A DNA stretch of 64,000 nucleotides from an uncultured Nitrospiraceae bacterium (GCA_963730935.1 CAVSTP010000002.1:32001-96000); one strand, 5' to 3'. Positions 22,920 through 37,091 are shown, numbered from the stretch's first letter. A program made the numbers and translations. Notes: generated from the sequence alone by a model not told the origin.

Positions 22920-24119
22920 ATGAGGTCGACGTTCCGTCCTCTGTCGCTCTCAGATTTCGAGATTTCTCCCGAACAAGGTTTTCTTCCTCAGGATCCTCGC
23001 GAGGAGGTCGCCGACTGTGCGCCGCTGAACGAGCTGGGCCACGCGTTGCCGAAGCTGTTGAGCGCCCATATGGTCAGGCCGTTTATCGACGGGCAGCGTT
23101 CTCTCCTCCCATCCATTCCCTCCTCCTGGCAGGAACAGGACTATCGGGCAGCCATGCGGATTCTCTCCTTCGCAGGTCACGCCTACGTCTGGGAATCGCC
23201 TGATCAGCCGGCAGCCTTACTCCCAGCCCAATTGGCACAACCCTGGTATGAGGTGGCTCAGCGGCTCGGCCGGCCACCGGTGCTTTCCTATGCTTCATAC
23301 GCACTCGACAACTGGCGCCGCCTCGAGGCTTCGAAGCCGATTGCACTCGACAACATTGTGCTCTTGCAAAACTTTCTGGGCGGTCTGGATGAGGAATGGT
23401 TCGTGGTGGTTCATGTTCAGATCGAACGTCAGGCCGGCTCCGGCCTGGCCGGATTGGTTCAGGCCATGAACGGCGCCGGGCTCGATCGTGGAGCCGACGT
23501 GCTGATAGGCCTCCGCGCGCTGGCCTCCGCACAAACCGAGATGCGGGACACGTTGCTTCGCATGAAAGAACGTTGCGATCCCTATGTCTACTACACGCGC
23601 GTCCGTCCCTATATTCATGGCTGGAAGAACAGCCCCACGTTGACTGACGGCCTCTTCTACGGCGGCGTGACGGCGTATGGCGGGCGGCCGCAACCATTTC
23701 GCGGGGAAACCGGCGCCCAGAGTTCAATTGTGCCTTGTCTCGATGCAGGACTGGGCATCAGTCACGCTCCGGATCCCCTGACCGTCTATCTGCAGGAAAT
23801 GCGGGACTATATGCCGCCTCGCCATCGGGCGTTTCTCCACAGCCTCGGACAAACCGTGGATGATCGCGGCCGGCCGTTGCTTTCAGGCTACGTTCGGGAC
23901 CGAAAAGCACAGAGCCCTGACCTCTGGGCCGCCTTTTGTGGCTGCGTCGACCTGCTGGCCCAATTCCGCGAGATCCATATCGGTTACGCCGACAGCTATA
24001 TCCATCGGCAGCATCAGTCGCATGAGAGCAATCCGACGGCTGTCGGGACCGGCGGCACGCCCTTCATGGCCTACCTTCAAAAGCACCTGGATGAAACGAA
24101 GCAGGCGATTGAGGGATAG
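22920..24119 (+). CDS. Indoleamine 2,3-dioxygenase / PrnB-family heme dioxygenase
   Basis: GFLP, LGRPPVLSYA, NW, DEEWF..VHV.IE, RPYIHGW, GETGAQSS, MRDYMP..HR, proximal-His region HIGYADSYI, GTGGT. Confidence 0.9.
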   Translation: MRSTFRPLSLSDFEISPEQGFLPQDPREEVADCAPLNELGHALPKLLSAHMVRPFIDGQRSLLPSIPSSWQEQDYRAAMRILSFAGHAYVWESPDQPAALLPAQLAQPWYEVAQRLGRPPVLSYASYALDNWRRLEASKPIALDNIVLLQNFLGGLDEEWFVVVHVQIERQAGSGLAGLVQAMNGAGLDRGADVLIGLRALASAQTEMRDTLLRMKERCDPYVYYTRVRPYIHGWKNSPTLTDGLFYGGVTAYGGRPQPFRGETGAQSSIVPCLDAGLGISHAPDPLTVYLQEMRDYMPPRHRAFLHSLGQTVDDRGRPLLSGYVRDRKAQSPDLWAAFCGCVDLLAQFREIHIGYADSYIHRQHQSHESNPTAVGTGGTPFMAYLQKHLDETKQAIEG

Positions 24120-24287
24120 CGCCGCAGCGGGGCTATCACACACGAGGAATTACCGTTTCTTCGATGTAGCGGCGAATGCGGGACTCCGCATCTTCACCTG
24201 TGTGCTTGGAATGTTATTTCGGCCGGTTGGTTTTGAAAACCCTGATGCCAAGATCGTCCAGACGGGGCGTGATGCTGGGCTATACGT

Positions 24288-25280
24288 TCAAGGAGTCGGG
24301 CCTTTGCTGTTTTCGAGCGCCGGGAGAGCGGATTTTGCCCACGACAGGGCCGGTAACGTGAACCTCTGGGGCCGCCGGACGACTTCCGCACCGATAATCA
24401 CCATGATCCCACCGAGCACCGTGCTAAGACCCAAAGGCTCGCCCATACACACATAGGCCAGCAGCACCGTACAGACCGGAATGAGGTTGTGGTAGGTCCC
24501 GACCGTCGCCGGTGAGAGAGACTGTAGCGACCGGCAACGCAGCAGAAAGACCGCCGCCGTTGCGCATCCGACATAGAGTACCAACAGCATGATGAGCGGC
24601 GAGGCCTCCTCCTGAACGGCGCCGGACCACGGCATAGCCCCGAACAACAGCAACAGGGAACTACTGCCGAACATCACGGTGTTCGAGACCATCACGCCAA
24701 AACGCTTGACGATGCTGGAGCTGAACACAATGTGCGCCGACATCATGACCGTGAAGAGCAGCACAAACAGATCGCCCCAACGGACACCGGCCTCTCCGTC
24801 GGGAGCGGCAAAGCAGATGGCAACGACACAGCCGCCCAGCGAGAACAGGATGCCCAGGCATTTCGGGACCGTCATCCGATCATGGCCGGAGAGCACACTC
24901 AAAGCCGTTGTGCATGAGGGTAGAAGCCCATAAATCAGCGCATAGTGCACCACGCTGGTATGCATGAGGCCCCACGCCGCAATCGTGTACGAGAACACTC
25001 CGAGAAAGCCCATGAATCCCAGTCGCAAGAGACCAGCGGCAGACAGCGACATCAGCCCCCGCCGGTCCCACAGCCAAGTGATGGTCAGTAGGAACAGGAA
25101 GCCGATCGTAACCCTAAAACTGGCTAATCCGATCGGGTGCAGATGACTATGTTGAAAGACGTACTTGATGACGGGGGTGACCGAGCTCAAGAGCAAGACC
25201 ACGCCGGCGAGGCAAAAGAGAGGGACGACGGGGGTCGCGTGCGTCGACAGACCCTTCTCCGTTTCCAGCCCCGTACTCAT
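24288..25280 (-). CDS. DMT/EamA family transporter
   Basis: About 10 hydrophobic helices in a duplicated EamA pattern (FRVTIG, GDLFVL, GEPL). Confidence 0.85.
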   Translation of the reverse strand: MSTGLETEKGLSTHATPVVPLFCLAGVVLLLSSVTPVIKYVFQHSHLHPIGLASFRVTIGFLFLLTITWLWDRRGLMSLSAAGLLRLGFMGFLGVFSYTIAAWGLMHTSVVHYALIYGLLPSCTTALSVLSGHDRMTVPKCLGILFSLGGCVVAICFAAPDGEAGVRWGDLFVLLFTVMMSAHIVFSSSIVKRFGVMVSNTVMFGSSSLLLLFGAMPWSGAVQEEASPLIMLLVLYVGCATAAVFLLRCRSLQSLSPATVGTYHNLIPVCTVLLAYVCMGEPLGLSTVLGGIMVIIGAEVVRRPQRFTLPALSWAKSALPALENSKGPTP

Positions 25281-25283
25281 CGA

Positions 25284-25607
25284 TCAAAATCCGGACATGT
25301 TCAGGGCGTTCAACTGCTCGATGAAGCTGGAAAGCCGGTTCTGCTGGTCTGGATCCATATGGACGATCGCAGCCCCCATATGGGGTGGCCGACGATTCGT
25401 GACCTGAATCGCGCACGCAAGCACTTCCGATTCGGTCAGCGGGAACTCCAGATACAGCTCTTCCCCTTGGTGGAACGTTCCCTCGATCCGCAGTCGGACC
25501 CCTTTCTCGGTCACATCGATGACGTTGCAAAGAAAGGTGTCGTCGCCTCGCCGGACATGGCCGGTTCGATCGATCGTGATACGATAGAACTGTCGTTGCT
25601 CCGACAT
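25284..25607 (-). CDS. Single-domain PilZ protein
   Basis: RQFYR (RxxxR) and DVTEKG (DxSxxG-like); start 25607 or 25619. Confidence 0.8.
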   Translation of the reverse strand: MSEQRQFYRITIDRTGHVRRGDDTFLCNVIDVTEKGVRLRIEGTFHQGEELYLEFPLTESEVLACAIQVTNRRPPHMGAAIVHMDPDQQNRLSSFIEQLNALNMSGF

Positions 25608-25746
25608 GGCGCTGTCCATTTTCTCAGGCGTCGGGGTGGAGTCGTGGTTCAAGTATAGCAGCCGATTTCACGGGCACCCGCTTTTCTTCAAAAGGGCTCT
25701 CACCGACCCTCCCCTACCTCGAGAAGCGGTCTCCCCTGCGTGGTTG

Positions 25747-25775
25747 TTGACTCGGCCTGCGAAGCGGCGTATCGT
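25747..25775 (+). promoter_or_regulatory. Putative sigma70 promoter for the small ORF and VIT1 gene
   Basis: TTGACT-17-TATCGT. Confidence 0.5.
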
Positions 25776-25803
25776 TTTGCATTCAGGAAGGAGAACACAC
25801 ACG

Positions 25804-25929
25804 ATGTCAGTCATGTGTTCCCTCGCGGCCTGCAAGGCCCAAACCGGAATGTGCGGGCATGAAAAGGCGATGCTCAGTGTCGCCGTGCTCGCGGCAATTG
25901 GATTGGGCGCCTATTTCTTGATGAGCTGA
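25804..25929 (+). CDS. 41-aa Cys/His-containing single-TM small protein
   Basis: MSVMCSLAACKAQTGMCGHEKAMLSVAVLAAIGLGAYFLMS; SD AGGAAGGAG and promoter upstream. Confidence 0.55.
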   Translation: MSVMCSLAACKAQTGMCGHEKAMLSVAVLAAIGLGAYFLMS

Positions 25930-25975
25930 CGGCGGGCCTCAGCAGCACTCGGTCCACTGCTTATGGGGGTGGTGT

Positions 25976-26962
25976 GTGCCCTCCTCCACGCCTTCTCTCA
26001 TCGGTCATCCCTCGCTTTCGAATCCCCGGCTCGCCCGGACGCTCGTTCTGGATGAACTGTTCGACTTGTCCCTCTACAAGGCCTTGCGGCAGGTCACCGA
26101 TTCCGAGGTCCATCCTACCCTCGATGAGCTGATCACGGTCGAAGCAGGCCACCTGGCGTTTTGGAAACACTTTTTCGGACTGACACTCGAGGAACTGAAT
26201 CTCGGGCGCCGGCTCAAATTGTCTCTCATCATGTTCGTGTGCAAGCTCTTTGGCTCAATCGCCGTGCATCTGGTGCTCGAGGCGATCGAGGTTCATGGCG
26301 TCCGCAAGTACCTCGCGCTCTGGAGCGAATACCAGGGCCAGCCTCTCGGAGAGGCGTTGCGGGGCATCCTTATGGACGAATTCAAGCACGAGGACGTGCT
26401 CGTCACGGCGCTGACCAATCGGAAGATCAATGCGGAGAAAATCCGCAACATCTTTCTCGGATTGAACGATGGGCTCGTCGAGATTCTCGGCGCGGTGAGC
26501 GGCTTTTTCGGCGCGTTCGGCGAGGCCACCATGGTGCTGATTGCGGCATCAACGACCGCCGTGGCCGGTGCCCTGTCGATGGCCGCCGGCGCCTTCCTTG
26601 CGCTGAACAGCGAAAAAGAAGTAAAGACGACCGAGATCGCCAAAAAAATCTTCCTGGGCGAGGCCTCTGAGGTCGTTCCGATGGAAGAATCGCCGATCGG
26701 ATCGGCCCTGGTCGTCGGAACGGCCTACATCGCAGGCGCGATCGTCCCGGTCCTCCCCGTGATCTTTGGTGCGACAAGCGCGCTCTTTTCCGTACTCACC
26801 GCGGGTCTGATGGTGATTGTCGTGTCGACGATTCTTTCGTTCTTGTCTGGAATGGACGTTACCCGACGCATTCTCCTCAATCTCGCCATGATCACCATCG
26901 CCGTCAGTGTCACCTACGGCATCGGGGTGTTCGCCAAGCACCTCTGGGGTATTGCCCTGTAA
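25976..26962 (+). CDS. Rubrerythrin/ferritin-like plus VIT1/CCC1 membrane iron transporter (MbfA-like architecture)
   Basis: N-terminal E..H motifs (EAGH, DEFKHE), then IRNIFLGLNDGLVEI and GALSMAAG VIT1 signature. Confidence 0.85.
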   Translation: MPSSTPSLIGHPSLSNPRLARTLVLDELFDLSLYKALRQVTDSEVHPTLDELITVEAGHLAFWKHFFGLTLEELNLGRRLKLSLIMFVCKLFGSIAVHLVLEAIEVHGVRKYLALWSEYQGQPLGEALRGILMDEFKHEDVLVTALTNRKINAEKIRNIFLGLNDGLVEILGAVSGFFGAFGEATMVLIAASTTAVAGALSMAAGAFLALNSEKEVKTTEIAKKIFLGEASEVVPMEESPIGSALVVGTAYIAGAIVPVLPVIFGATSALFSVLTAGLMVIVVSTILSFLSGMDVTRRILLNLAMITIAVSVTYGIGVFAKHLWGIAL

Positions 26963-27021
26963 ACGACCCTGCTGACACCTCGATACAATAGACTCCGCGA
27001 GACTCCGCGGAGAGGTGATCA

Positions 27022-27768
27022 ATGGCACAGGCGTATATCGGGCTTTCCGGCTATTCGTATAAGCCATGGCAAGGACCGGGCAGGTTTTATCCACCGACGC
27101 TGAAGCAGGCCGGCTTTCTCGGGTATTACGCGACGCGCTACGATACGGTGGAATTGGACGGGGTCTGGTATCGCCTCCCTTCAGAGAAAGCGGTGGTCGA
27201 TTGGCTGGCCGCGACCCCACCCCACTTTATCTTTGCCCCGAAAGTGCACCGACAGATTAGCCATCGCTCCCGGCTCAAACCTGAGGGCTACGACTTCGTT
27301 CGCGTCATGTTGGGCAGGCTGAGTGCGCTGGTATCGGCCAAACGGCTCGGGCCGCTCCTCATCCAATTGCCGCCGAACTTGATGCGTGACGACGACCGGC
27401 TTTCAGCCTTTCTGGAACAGCTTCCGGCAAGCGTGCAGTGGGCGATCGAGTTTCGTCATGATTCCTGGCATGACACGGCTGTCGAAGCTCTGCTTCGACG
27501 GTTTAATGTTTCCTGGGTCGCGGCGGATACCGACGAGCGCCTAGCCGAATGCAGGGACACGGCTAATTTCTGGTATGTGCGGCTGCGCCGAAGCGCCTAC
27601 GATGAAGGAGATCTCGCGAAGTGGGCCGCCAAGTTCCGAAAGATGGTCGACGAGGGAAAGAGCTGCTACGTCTACTGCAAGCACGAGGATGAAGGCTCAC
27701 CCTGGGTCTGGGCAGACCGACTGCGGGAACTCTGCACCATCGAGAGCGCTGGTGAGAGGGTCGCTTAA
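27022..27768 (+). CDS. DUF72 domain protein
   Basis: [13 protein letters not shown]...[24 protein letters not shown]. Confidence 0.88.
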   Translation: MAQAYIGLSGYSYKPWQGPGRFYPPTLKQAGFLGYYATRYDTVELDGVWYRLPSEKAVVDWLAATPPHFIFAPKVHRQISHRSRLKPEGYDFVRVMLGRLSALVSAKRLGPLLIQLPPNLMRDDDRLSAFLEQLPASVQWAIEFRHDSWHDTAVEALLRRFNVSWVAADTDERLAECRDTANFWYVRLRRSAYDEGDLAKWAAKFRKMVDEGKSCYVYCKHEDEGSPWVWADRLRELCTIESAGERVA

Positions 27769-28637
27769 CGGCCAAGAGCTTTCTTAACGGCGTTGCCGAT
27801 TTCGGCCGGGTTTTTCACAACGCGCACCCCGGCCGCCTCGAGTGCTTTCATCTTTTCGCTGGCGGTCCCTTTGCCGCCCGAGATGATCGCGCCGGCATGG
27901 CCCATGCGGCGTCCCGGAGGGGCAGTAATGCCGGCGATAAAGCTGACTACCGGCTTCTTGACATGCCGCTTGATGAACTCCGCCGCCTTCTCTTCCGCAT
28001 CCCCGCCGATTTCACCGATCATGACGATAGCCTGGGTTTCCGGGTCCTTTTCGAACAGGGGCAGCACATCCACAAAGCCGGTTCCGTTCACCGGATCACC
28101 GCCGATACCCACGCACGTCGTTTCGCCTAAGCCAAGCGTCGAAAGTTGATGCACGGCTTCATAGGTGAGGGTGCCGCTGCGTGAGACGACGCCGACGATG
28201 CCCTTTTTGTGGATGAACCCAGGCATGATGCCGATTTTCGCCTCATCCACGGTGATCACGCCCGGGCAATTGGGCCCGATCAACCGGACGTCGCGGCCCC
28301 GTAGCGCCCGCTTCACCTTGACCATGTCGTTGACCGGTATGCCTTCGGTGATGCAGATGACCAGCTTGATTCCCGCATCGGCAGCTTCGAGAATGGCATC
28401 GGCGCAAAATGGCGGAGGCACAAAGATCAGCGACGTGTCGCACTCGGTCTTCTTGACAGCATCGGCCACCGTGTTGAACACGGGGATGCCCTCGACCTCT
28501 TGCCCGGCCTTTCCGGGTGTGACCCCGGCGACGATCTTCGTTCCATAGGCCTTACACTGGGTCGCATGGAACGAACCTTCCTTACCCGTAATCCCCTGCA
28601 CCACCACACGCGTATTCTTATTGACGAGAATGCTCAT
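27765..28637 (-). CDS. sucD: Succinyl-CoA ligase alpha subunit
   Basis: [31 protein letters not shown]. Confidence 0.97.
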   Translation of the reverse strand: MSILVNKNTRVVVQGITGKEGSFHATQCKAYGTKIVAGVTPGKAGQEVEGIPVFNTVADAVKKTECDTSLIFVPPPFCADAILEAADAGIKLVICITEGIPVNDMVKVKRALRGRDVRLIGPNCPGVITVDEAKIGIMPGFIHKKGIVGVVSRSGTLTYEAVHQLSTLGLGETTCVGIGGDPVNGTGFVDVLPLFEKDPETQAIVMIGEIGGDAEEKAAEFIKRHVKKPVVSFIAGITAPPGRRMGHAGAIISGGKGTASEKMKALEAAGVRVVKNPAEIGNAVKKALGR

Positions 28638-28705
28638 CGCTCACCCCAAGAAAGTTATTGCACGCTATTAATCGATCCCCAACATTTCTTTCCCTACCTG
28701 TGGCT

Positions 28706-28897
28706 TGATCGGCCCTGCCCGCGACTTACGGGGAGGCTCGGGGCCCGCACTTGCCGAACGGTGGCGGTCGCTCGGCGACGGCTGTGCATGTTCGAAGGTC
28801 CGTTGACCTCAGTCACAACGGACCAAGTTTGCATAGCCGAGCCACCGGAGGCTTAGTGCGGTCGAGCCGTAGCGTCGGAGCAGCACAGGGACGGTCA
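28706..28897. other. Long rod-like inverted-repeat structure in the sucC-sucD spacer (candidate ncRNA or palindromic element)
   Basis: Nested complementary segments, e.g. GGTCCGTTG/CAACGGACC, GGCTGTGCA/TGCATAGCC, CGGTGGC/GCCACCG, CCGCACT/AGTGCGG, GGCTCG/CGAGCC, CCCTG/CAGGG. Confidence 0.6.
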
Positions 28898-28904
28898 TAG
28901 CCGC

Positions 28905-30083
28905 CTACGCGGCTTTCCCCGTCAACTTCACAATTTTCTGCGCCGCTTCCCACAGGTCGTCCGCCACCTCAAGCTTCAATCCGGACTCCGCCAGCAACTT
29001 CCGGCCTTCTGGGGCATTCGTGCCTTGCAGCCGCACCACCAAGGGCACGGTGATTTTCACTTCTTTCGCCGCCTCGATGACGCCGTGCGCAATGCGCTCG
29101 CACCGGACGATCCCGCCGAAAATGTTGATGAAGATGCCTTTGACGTTCGGATCCTTGAGGAGGATCCGGAAGCCTGCTGCGACCGTTTCCTTGGTCGCGC
29201 CGCCGCCGACATCGAGAAAGTTGGCTGGTTCGCTGCCGGCGAGCTTAATGACGTCCATCGTGGCCATGGCCAGACCGGCCCCATTCACCATACAGCCGAT
29301 ATTCCCGTCCAGCTTCACATAGTTGAGGTTGTTCGAAGTCGCTTCAATTTCCAACGGCTCTTCTTCATTCAAGTCGCGCATCTTCTGCACGTCTTCATGC
29401 TTGAAGAGGCCGTTGTCATCGAACGAAACCTTGCCGTCCAGCGCAACGAGCGTCTTTTCCTTCGTGATGATGAGCGGGTTGATTTCCACGAGGGCGGCAT
29501 TCTTGTCCATGAACAGGCGATAGAGATTGCCCAGCATTTGAACGAACGGATTGATCGCGGTCGGCTCCATCTGCTGCAGCCCCAGAGCGAACGCGACGTT
29601 GCGGCCATTGTGCCCCTGGAACCCCACAGCGGGATCGATCGCTTCCTTGATGATTTTCTCCGGAGTCTTTTCCGCCACCTCTTCAATCTCCATCCCGCCT
29701 TCCGTACTGGCGATAAAGATCGGCCAGCCCGTATCGCGATCCACGAGGATCGAGAGGTACAACTCTTTGGCGATGTTTGCACCCTCTTCTACCAAGAGAC
29801 GGTGGACTTTGCGGCCTTTGGGGCCGGTCTGATGCGTGACCAGGGTCTTGCCGATCAGCTCTTTCGCAAGGCCGGCACAGGCCGTCTTGTCCTTGGTGAT
29901 CTTGACGCCTCCGGCTTTTCCCCGCCCTCCGGCATGAATCTGCGCTTTGACGACGAAGACTGGTGTATTTAATTCATTGGCCCAGGTTGTAGCGGCTTCG
30001 GGAGAAGTAATTTCCTTCCCTCGTGGCACGGGAACACCGAACTGGGCAAACAACGACTTGGCTTGAAATTCATGTACGTTCAT
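28905..30083 (-). CDS. sucC: Succinyl-CoA ligase beta subunit
   Basis: KAQIHAGGRGKAGG, EINPL, NGAGLAMATMD, NIFGGIVRC. Confidence 0.97.
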   Translation of the reverse strand: MNVHEFQAKSLFAQFGVPVPRGKEITSPEAATTWANELNTPVFVVKAQIHAGGRGKAGGVKITKDKTACAGLAKELIGKTLVTHQTGPKGRKVHRLLVEEGANIAKELYLSILVDRDTGWPIFIASTEGGMEIEEVAEKTPEKIIKEAIDPAVGFQGHNGRNVAFALGLQQMEPTAINPFVQMLGNLYRLFMDKNAALVEINPLIITKEKTLVALDGKVSFDDNGLFKHEDVQKMRDLNEEEPLEIEATSNNLNYVKLDGNIGCMVNGAGLAMATMDVIKLAGSEPANFLDVGGGATKETVAAGFRILLKDPNVKGIFINIFGGIVRCERIAHGVIEAAKEVKITVPLVVRLQGTNAPEGRKLLAESGLKLEVADDLWEAAQKIVKLTGKAA

Positions 30084-30122
30084 CAGAATCCTTTCAGGAT
30101 GAAGGCCGAGGTCTGACGAACC

Positions 30123-31706
30123 TCAGCTGACCTTTCGTGTATAGGCCGGAAGGATCATGGGGGAAATGACGCCGCTGGGGTTCCCATGCTTTCTGGCTTC
30201 GGCGCGGAAGCGTTCTAAATGTTTGAGGGTGAGCTTGCCGTGCTTCCTCGAAGCCGTTCGCGAGGCTGCGGTCAGGCCAGACCGCTTGCCGAACACCATC
30301 AGATCGAGCAAAGAATTGCCCATCAAGCGGTTACGGCCATGGAGGCCGCCGGAGGCTTCTCCGGCCACAAACAGATTCTTCACATCGGTTTCCGCGTTCG
30401 TATCGATTTTCACGCCGCCGTTCTGATAGTGCAGCGTGGGATAGATCAACACCGGATCCTTGCTGATGTCGATGCCGAACCGCTCGAACTGGAGCATCAT
30501 GGCGGGAAAATGCTTCTCGACGGTTCCCGGTCCATGCTCCACGTCCAGCAGTGGCGTATCCAGCCAGACCCCCACTCGGCCAGACATCGTGCGAATGCCT
30601 CGTCCTTCCTCACATTCTCGGATGATGGAAGACGAGACCACGTCGCGCGTATCGAGCTCATTCACAAACCGCTCGCCCTTGGCATTGACCAGATGGCCGC
30701 CTTCGGAGCGAATTCCCTCAGTGACCAAGGCGCCGATGAGTTGTTCGGGGTACACGGCGCCTGATGGGTGGTATTGAAACGTATCGACGTGCGCCAACCG
30801 GGCTCCCATACGGTACGACAGGCAGAGTCCGTCGCCCGTCGCGCCATAGTGGTTGCTGGTGGGGAATCCCTGAATGTGCAGTCGGCCGATGCCACCGGTC
30901 GCGAGGATCACCGTTTTGGCCGACACGACGACGTGCCGCTGGTTGTCGAGATCCTTAAAAATCGCGCCCGAACAGTTCCCCTCGTCGTCGCTGAGCAATT
31001 CGACGGCCGCGCAGAATTCAAGCAACTCGATTTTTTGATTGAGCACCTCGTCCTTCAGGACGCGCATGATCTCCAGGCCGGTATAGTCCGAACAGGTGAG
31101 CAGCCGCGGCTTTGAGCTGCCGCCGCCCTTCTTGACGTGAAGATTCCCGTCCGCCTGGCGATCGAAAAGCACGCCGAGGTCGATCAGCCACTTGGCGATC
31201 GCCGGTCCGTCTTCCACCATCACCTTGAGCAGGGCATGGTCGTTCTGCATATGCCCGCCCTTGAGCGTATCGATGAAGTGTGTGACGGGAGAATCTTCTG
31301 GCGCCACCGAGATCTGCATGCCGCCCTGCGCCATCACGCTATTGGAATCGCCGAGCCGTAGTTTCGTAGCCAGCATCACCTTCGAGCCTGCGCCGTGGGC
31401 ATGCAAAGCTGCCGCGCACCCTGCGCCGCCGCCCCCGATCACCAGCACGTCCGTCGTGTAGGCCGGAGCCAGATCCTGATCCTCCTGGATCGGGCTGTCG
31501 CCCTCCAGCAGCGTCGCCAGTTCGATCACCGTCCGGTCCCCTTTGTTGGGACCGAATCTAATCGGTCGATAGGCGCTGGCGCGGTAATCCGGATGAAACT
31601 TGTGGATCAGCTGGTCGCGTTCGGCGGGAGGAAATTTCGGAAGGGTCTGCTTGCGGCGGGCATCCCTCGTGCTGTGTACGATTTGTTGAAGTGCGTGGAT
31701 GTCCAT
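30123..31706 (-). CDS. Fumarate reductase/succinate dehydrogenase-family flavoprotein (FrdA-like)
   Basis: GGGGAG FAD motif, AQGG, QYHPSG, TEGIRSEG, HYQNGG, HGRNRL.GNSL; located in the rTCA operon. Confidence 0.82.
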   Translation of the reverse strand: MDIHALQQIVHSTRDARRKQTLPKFPPAERDQLIHKFHPDYRASAYRPIRFGPNKGDRTVIELATLLEGDSPIQEDQDLAPAYTTDVLVIGGGGAGCAAALHAHGAGSKVMLATKLRLGDSNSVMAQGGMQISVAPEDSPVTHFIDTLKGGHMQNDHALLKVMVEDGPAIAKWLIDLGVLFDRQADGNLHVKKGGGSSKPRLLTCSDYTGLEIMRVLKDEVLNQKIELLEFCAAVELLSDDEGNCSGAIFKDLDNQRHVVVSAKTVILATGGIGRLHIQGFPTSNHYGATGDGLCLSYRMGARLAHVDTFQYHPSGAVYPEQLIGALVTEGIRSEGGHLVNAKGERFVNELDTRDVVSSSIIRECEEGRGIRTMSGRVGVWLDTPLLDVEHGPGTVEKHFPAMMLQFERFGIDISKDPVLIYPTLHYQNGGVKIDTNAETDVKNLFVAGEASGGLHGRNRLMGNSLLDLMVFGKRSGLTAASRTASRKHGKLTLKHLERFRAEARKHGNPSGVISPMILPAYTRKVS

Positions 31707-31773
31707 GGACGTCGCTCTCAGCGATGGGCGTTCAGCAGCAGCTGCCGGCCGATTCGCTGGCCTGTTTCCCGTG

Positions 31774-32493
31774 CTATTTCACCGTCGCACAGTGGTCAGC
31801 GAGTTCCTTGTCATTCATCTTCAGGATCTTGCGCCACTCGTCATTGAATCGCCCGTCTTCGATTTCCTTGATGCGTGCATCCAATCCAACGGGCTTGTCG
31901 GTAAAGTGAGCGCCCTGGGCGCGGCTCACGTAGAGCGCCACAAGGTTCGGGGCAATGTCGGCAATGCACACCGGTGTGCACATCCCGCACATTACGCAAT
32001 CCATGAACATCTCGGAGACGCTTTTGAAGTCGCCGAAGACCGCCTTCCACACGCCTTCACGCACATCGATTTTCTGCGGGCAGGCTTCCGTGCAGGCGTT
32101 GCAATTCCGGCAGAGCGGTGTCTCCGGGTAAAGATTGAAGAGGTCCTGTTTGGGGTCCTGGAGCTTTTGAATGTCGTAGGTCGCCTTGCGCGCCGGGAAG
32201 GGCGGCATCATCGTGAACGACATGCCGTCCTGCACCGCCATTTGACAGGCCAAACAGGTACGGACTTTCGGATCGTCTTTTGTGCGGTAGTAGGTCGCAC
32301 AGGCACCGCAGAAACCGCCCAGACAGCCAACGCCCCGCACGACCTCTTGGCCGGCGTACCACATGGCCTTGATGACGGTGATCCCCTCCGGCACTTCCAC
32401 CTTCTTGCCGGAAATCTCGATCGTCACCATGCGAGGCTTCAAGACCTCGGGTTGGTCGATGATGTTTTGGCTGTCCGTTGTTTCTGTGGCCAT
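31774..32493 (-). CDS. Fe-S subunit (FrdB-like)
   Basis: CLGGFCGAC...C (2Fe-2S) plus CRNCNACTEACP and CVMCGMCTPVC. Confidence 0.8.
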   Translation of the reverse strand: MATETTDSQNIIDQPEVLKPRMVTIEISGKKVEVPEGITVIKAMWYAGQEVVRGVGCLGGFCGACATYYRTKDDPKVRTCLACQMAVQDGMSFTMMPPFPARKATYDIQKLQDPKQDLFNLYPETPLCRNCNACTEACPQKIDVREGVWKAVFGDFKSVSEMFMDCVMCGMCTPVCIADIAPNLVALYVSRAQGAHFTDKPVGLDARIKEIEDGRFNDEWRKILKMNDKELADHCATVK

Positions 32494-32510
32494 CGGCTTC
32501 CTGTGGAAAC

Positions 32511-32544
32511 GTGATGAGTGATCGCAACCGCGATCACTCATCAC
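32511..32544. repeat. Perfect 15-bp hairpin between icd and the frdB-like gene
   Basis: GTGATGAGTGATCGC-AACC-GCGATCACTCATCAC. Confidence 0.7.
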
Positions 32545-32555
32545 TCGTCATGGTG

Positions 32556-37054
<4,499 letters not shown>

Positions 37055-37091
37055 GATGACGTCCTCAATGTGGAGTTAGGAATTGACCATC

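Noticed and set aside
24137..24280. Possible gene remnant downstream of EamA (minus frame ...RIRRYIEETVIPRV with an internal stop)
   Set aside because: Too short, no start and no recognisable homology
25619..25652. TTG start at 25652 for the PilZ gene
   Set aside because: Overlaps a TGcTATACT extended -10 element, so a downstream ATG is more likely
26990..27009. Tandem 10-mer AGACTCCGCG twice before DUF72
   Set aside because: Only two units; likely local slippage
28500..28856. 118-aa plus-strand ORF over the sucD start and spacer
   Set aside because: Antisense overlap with sucD, no SD, non-coding-like composition
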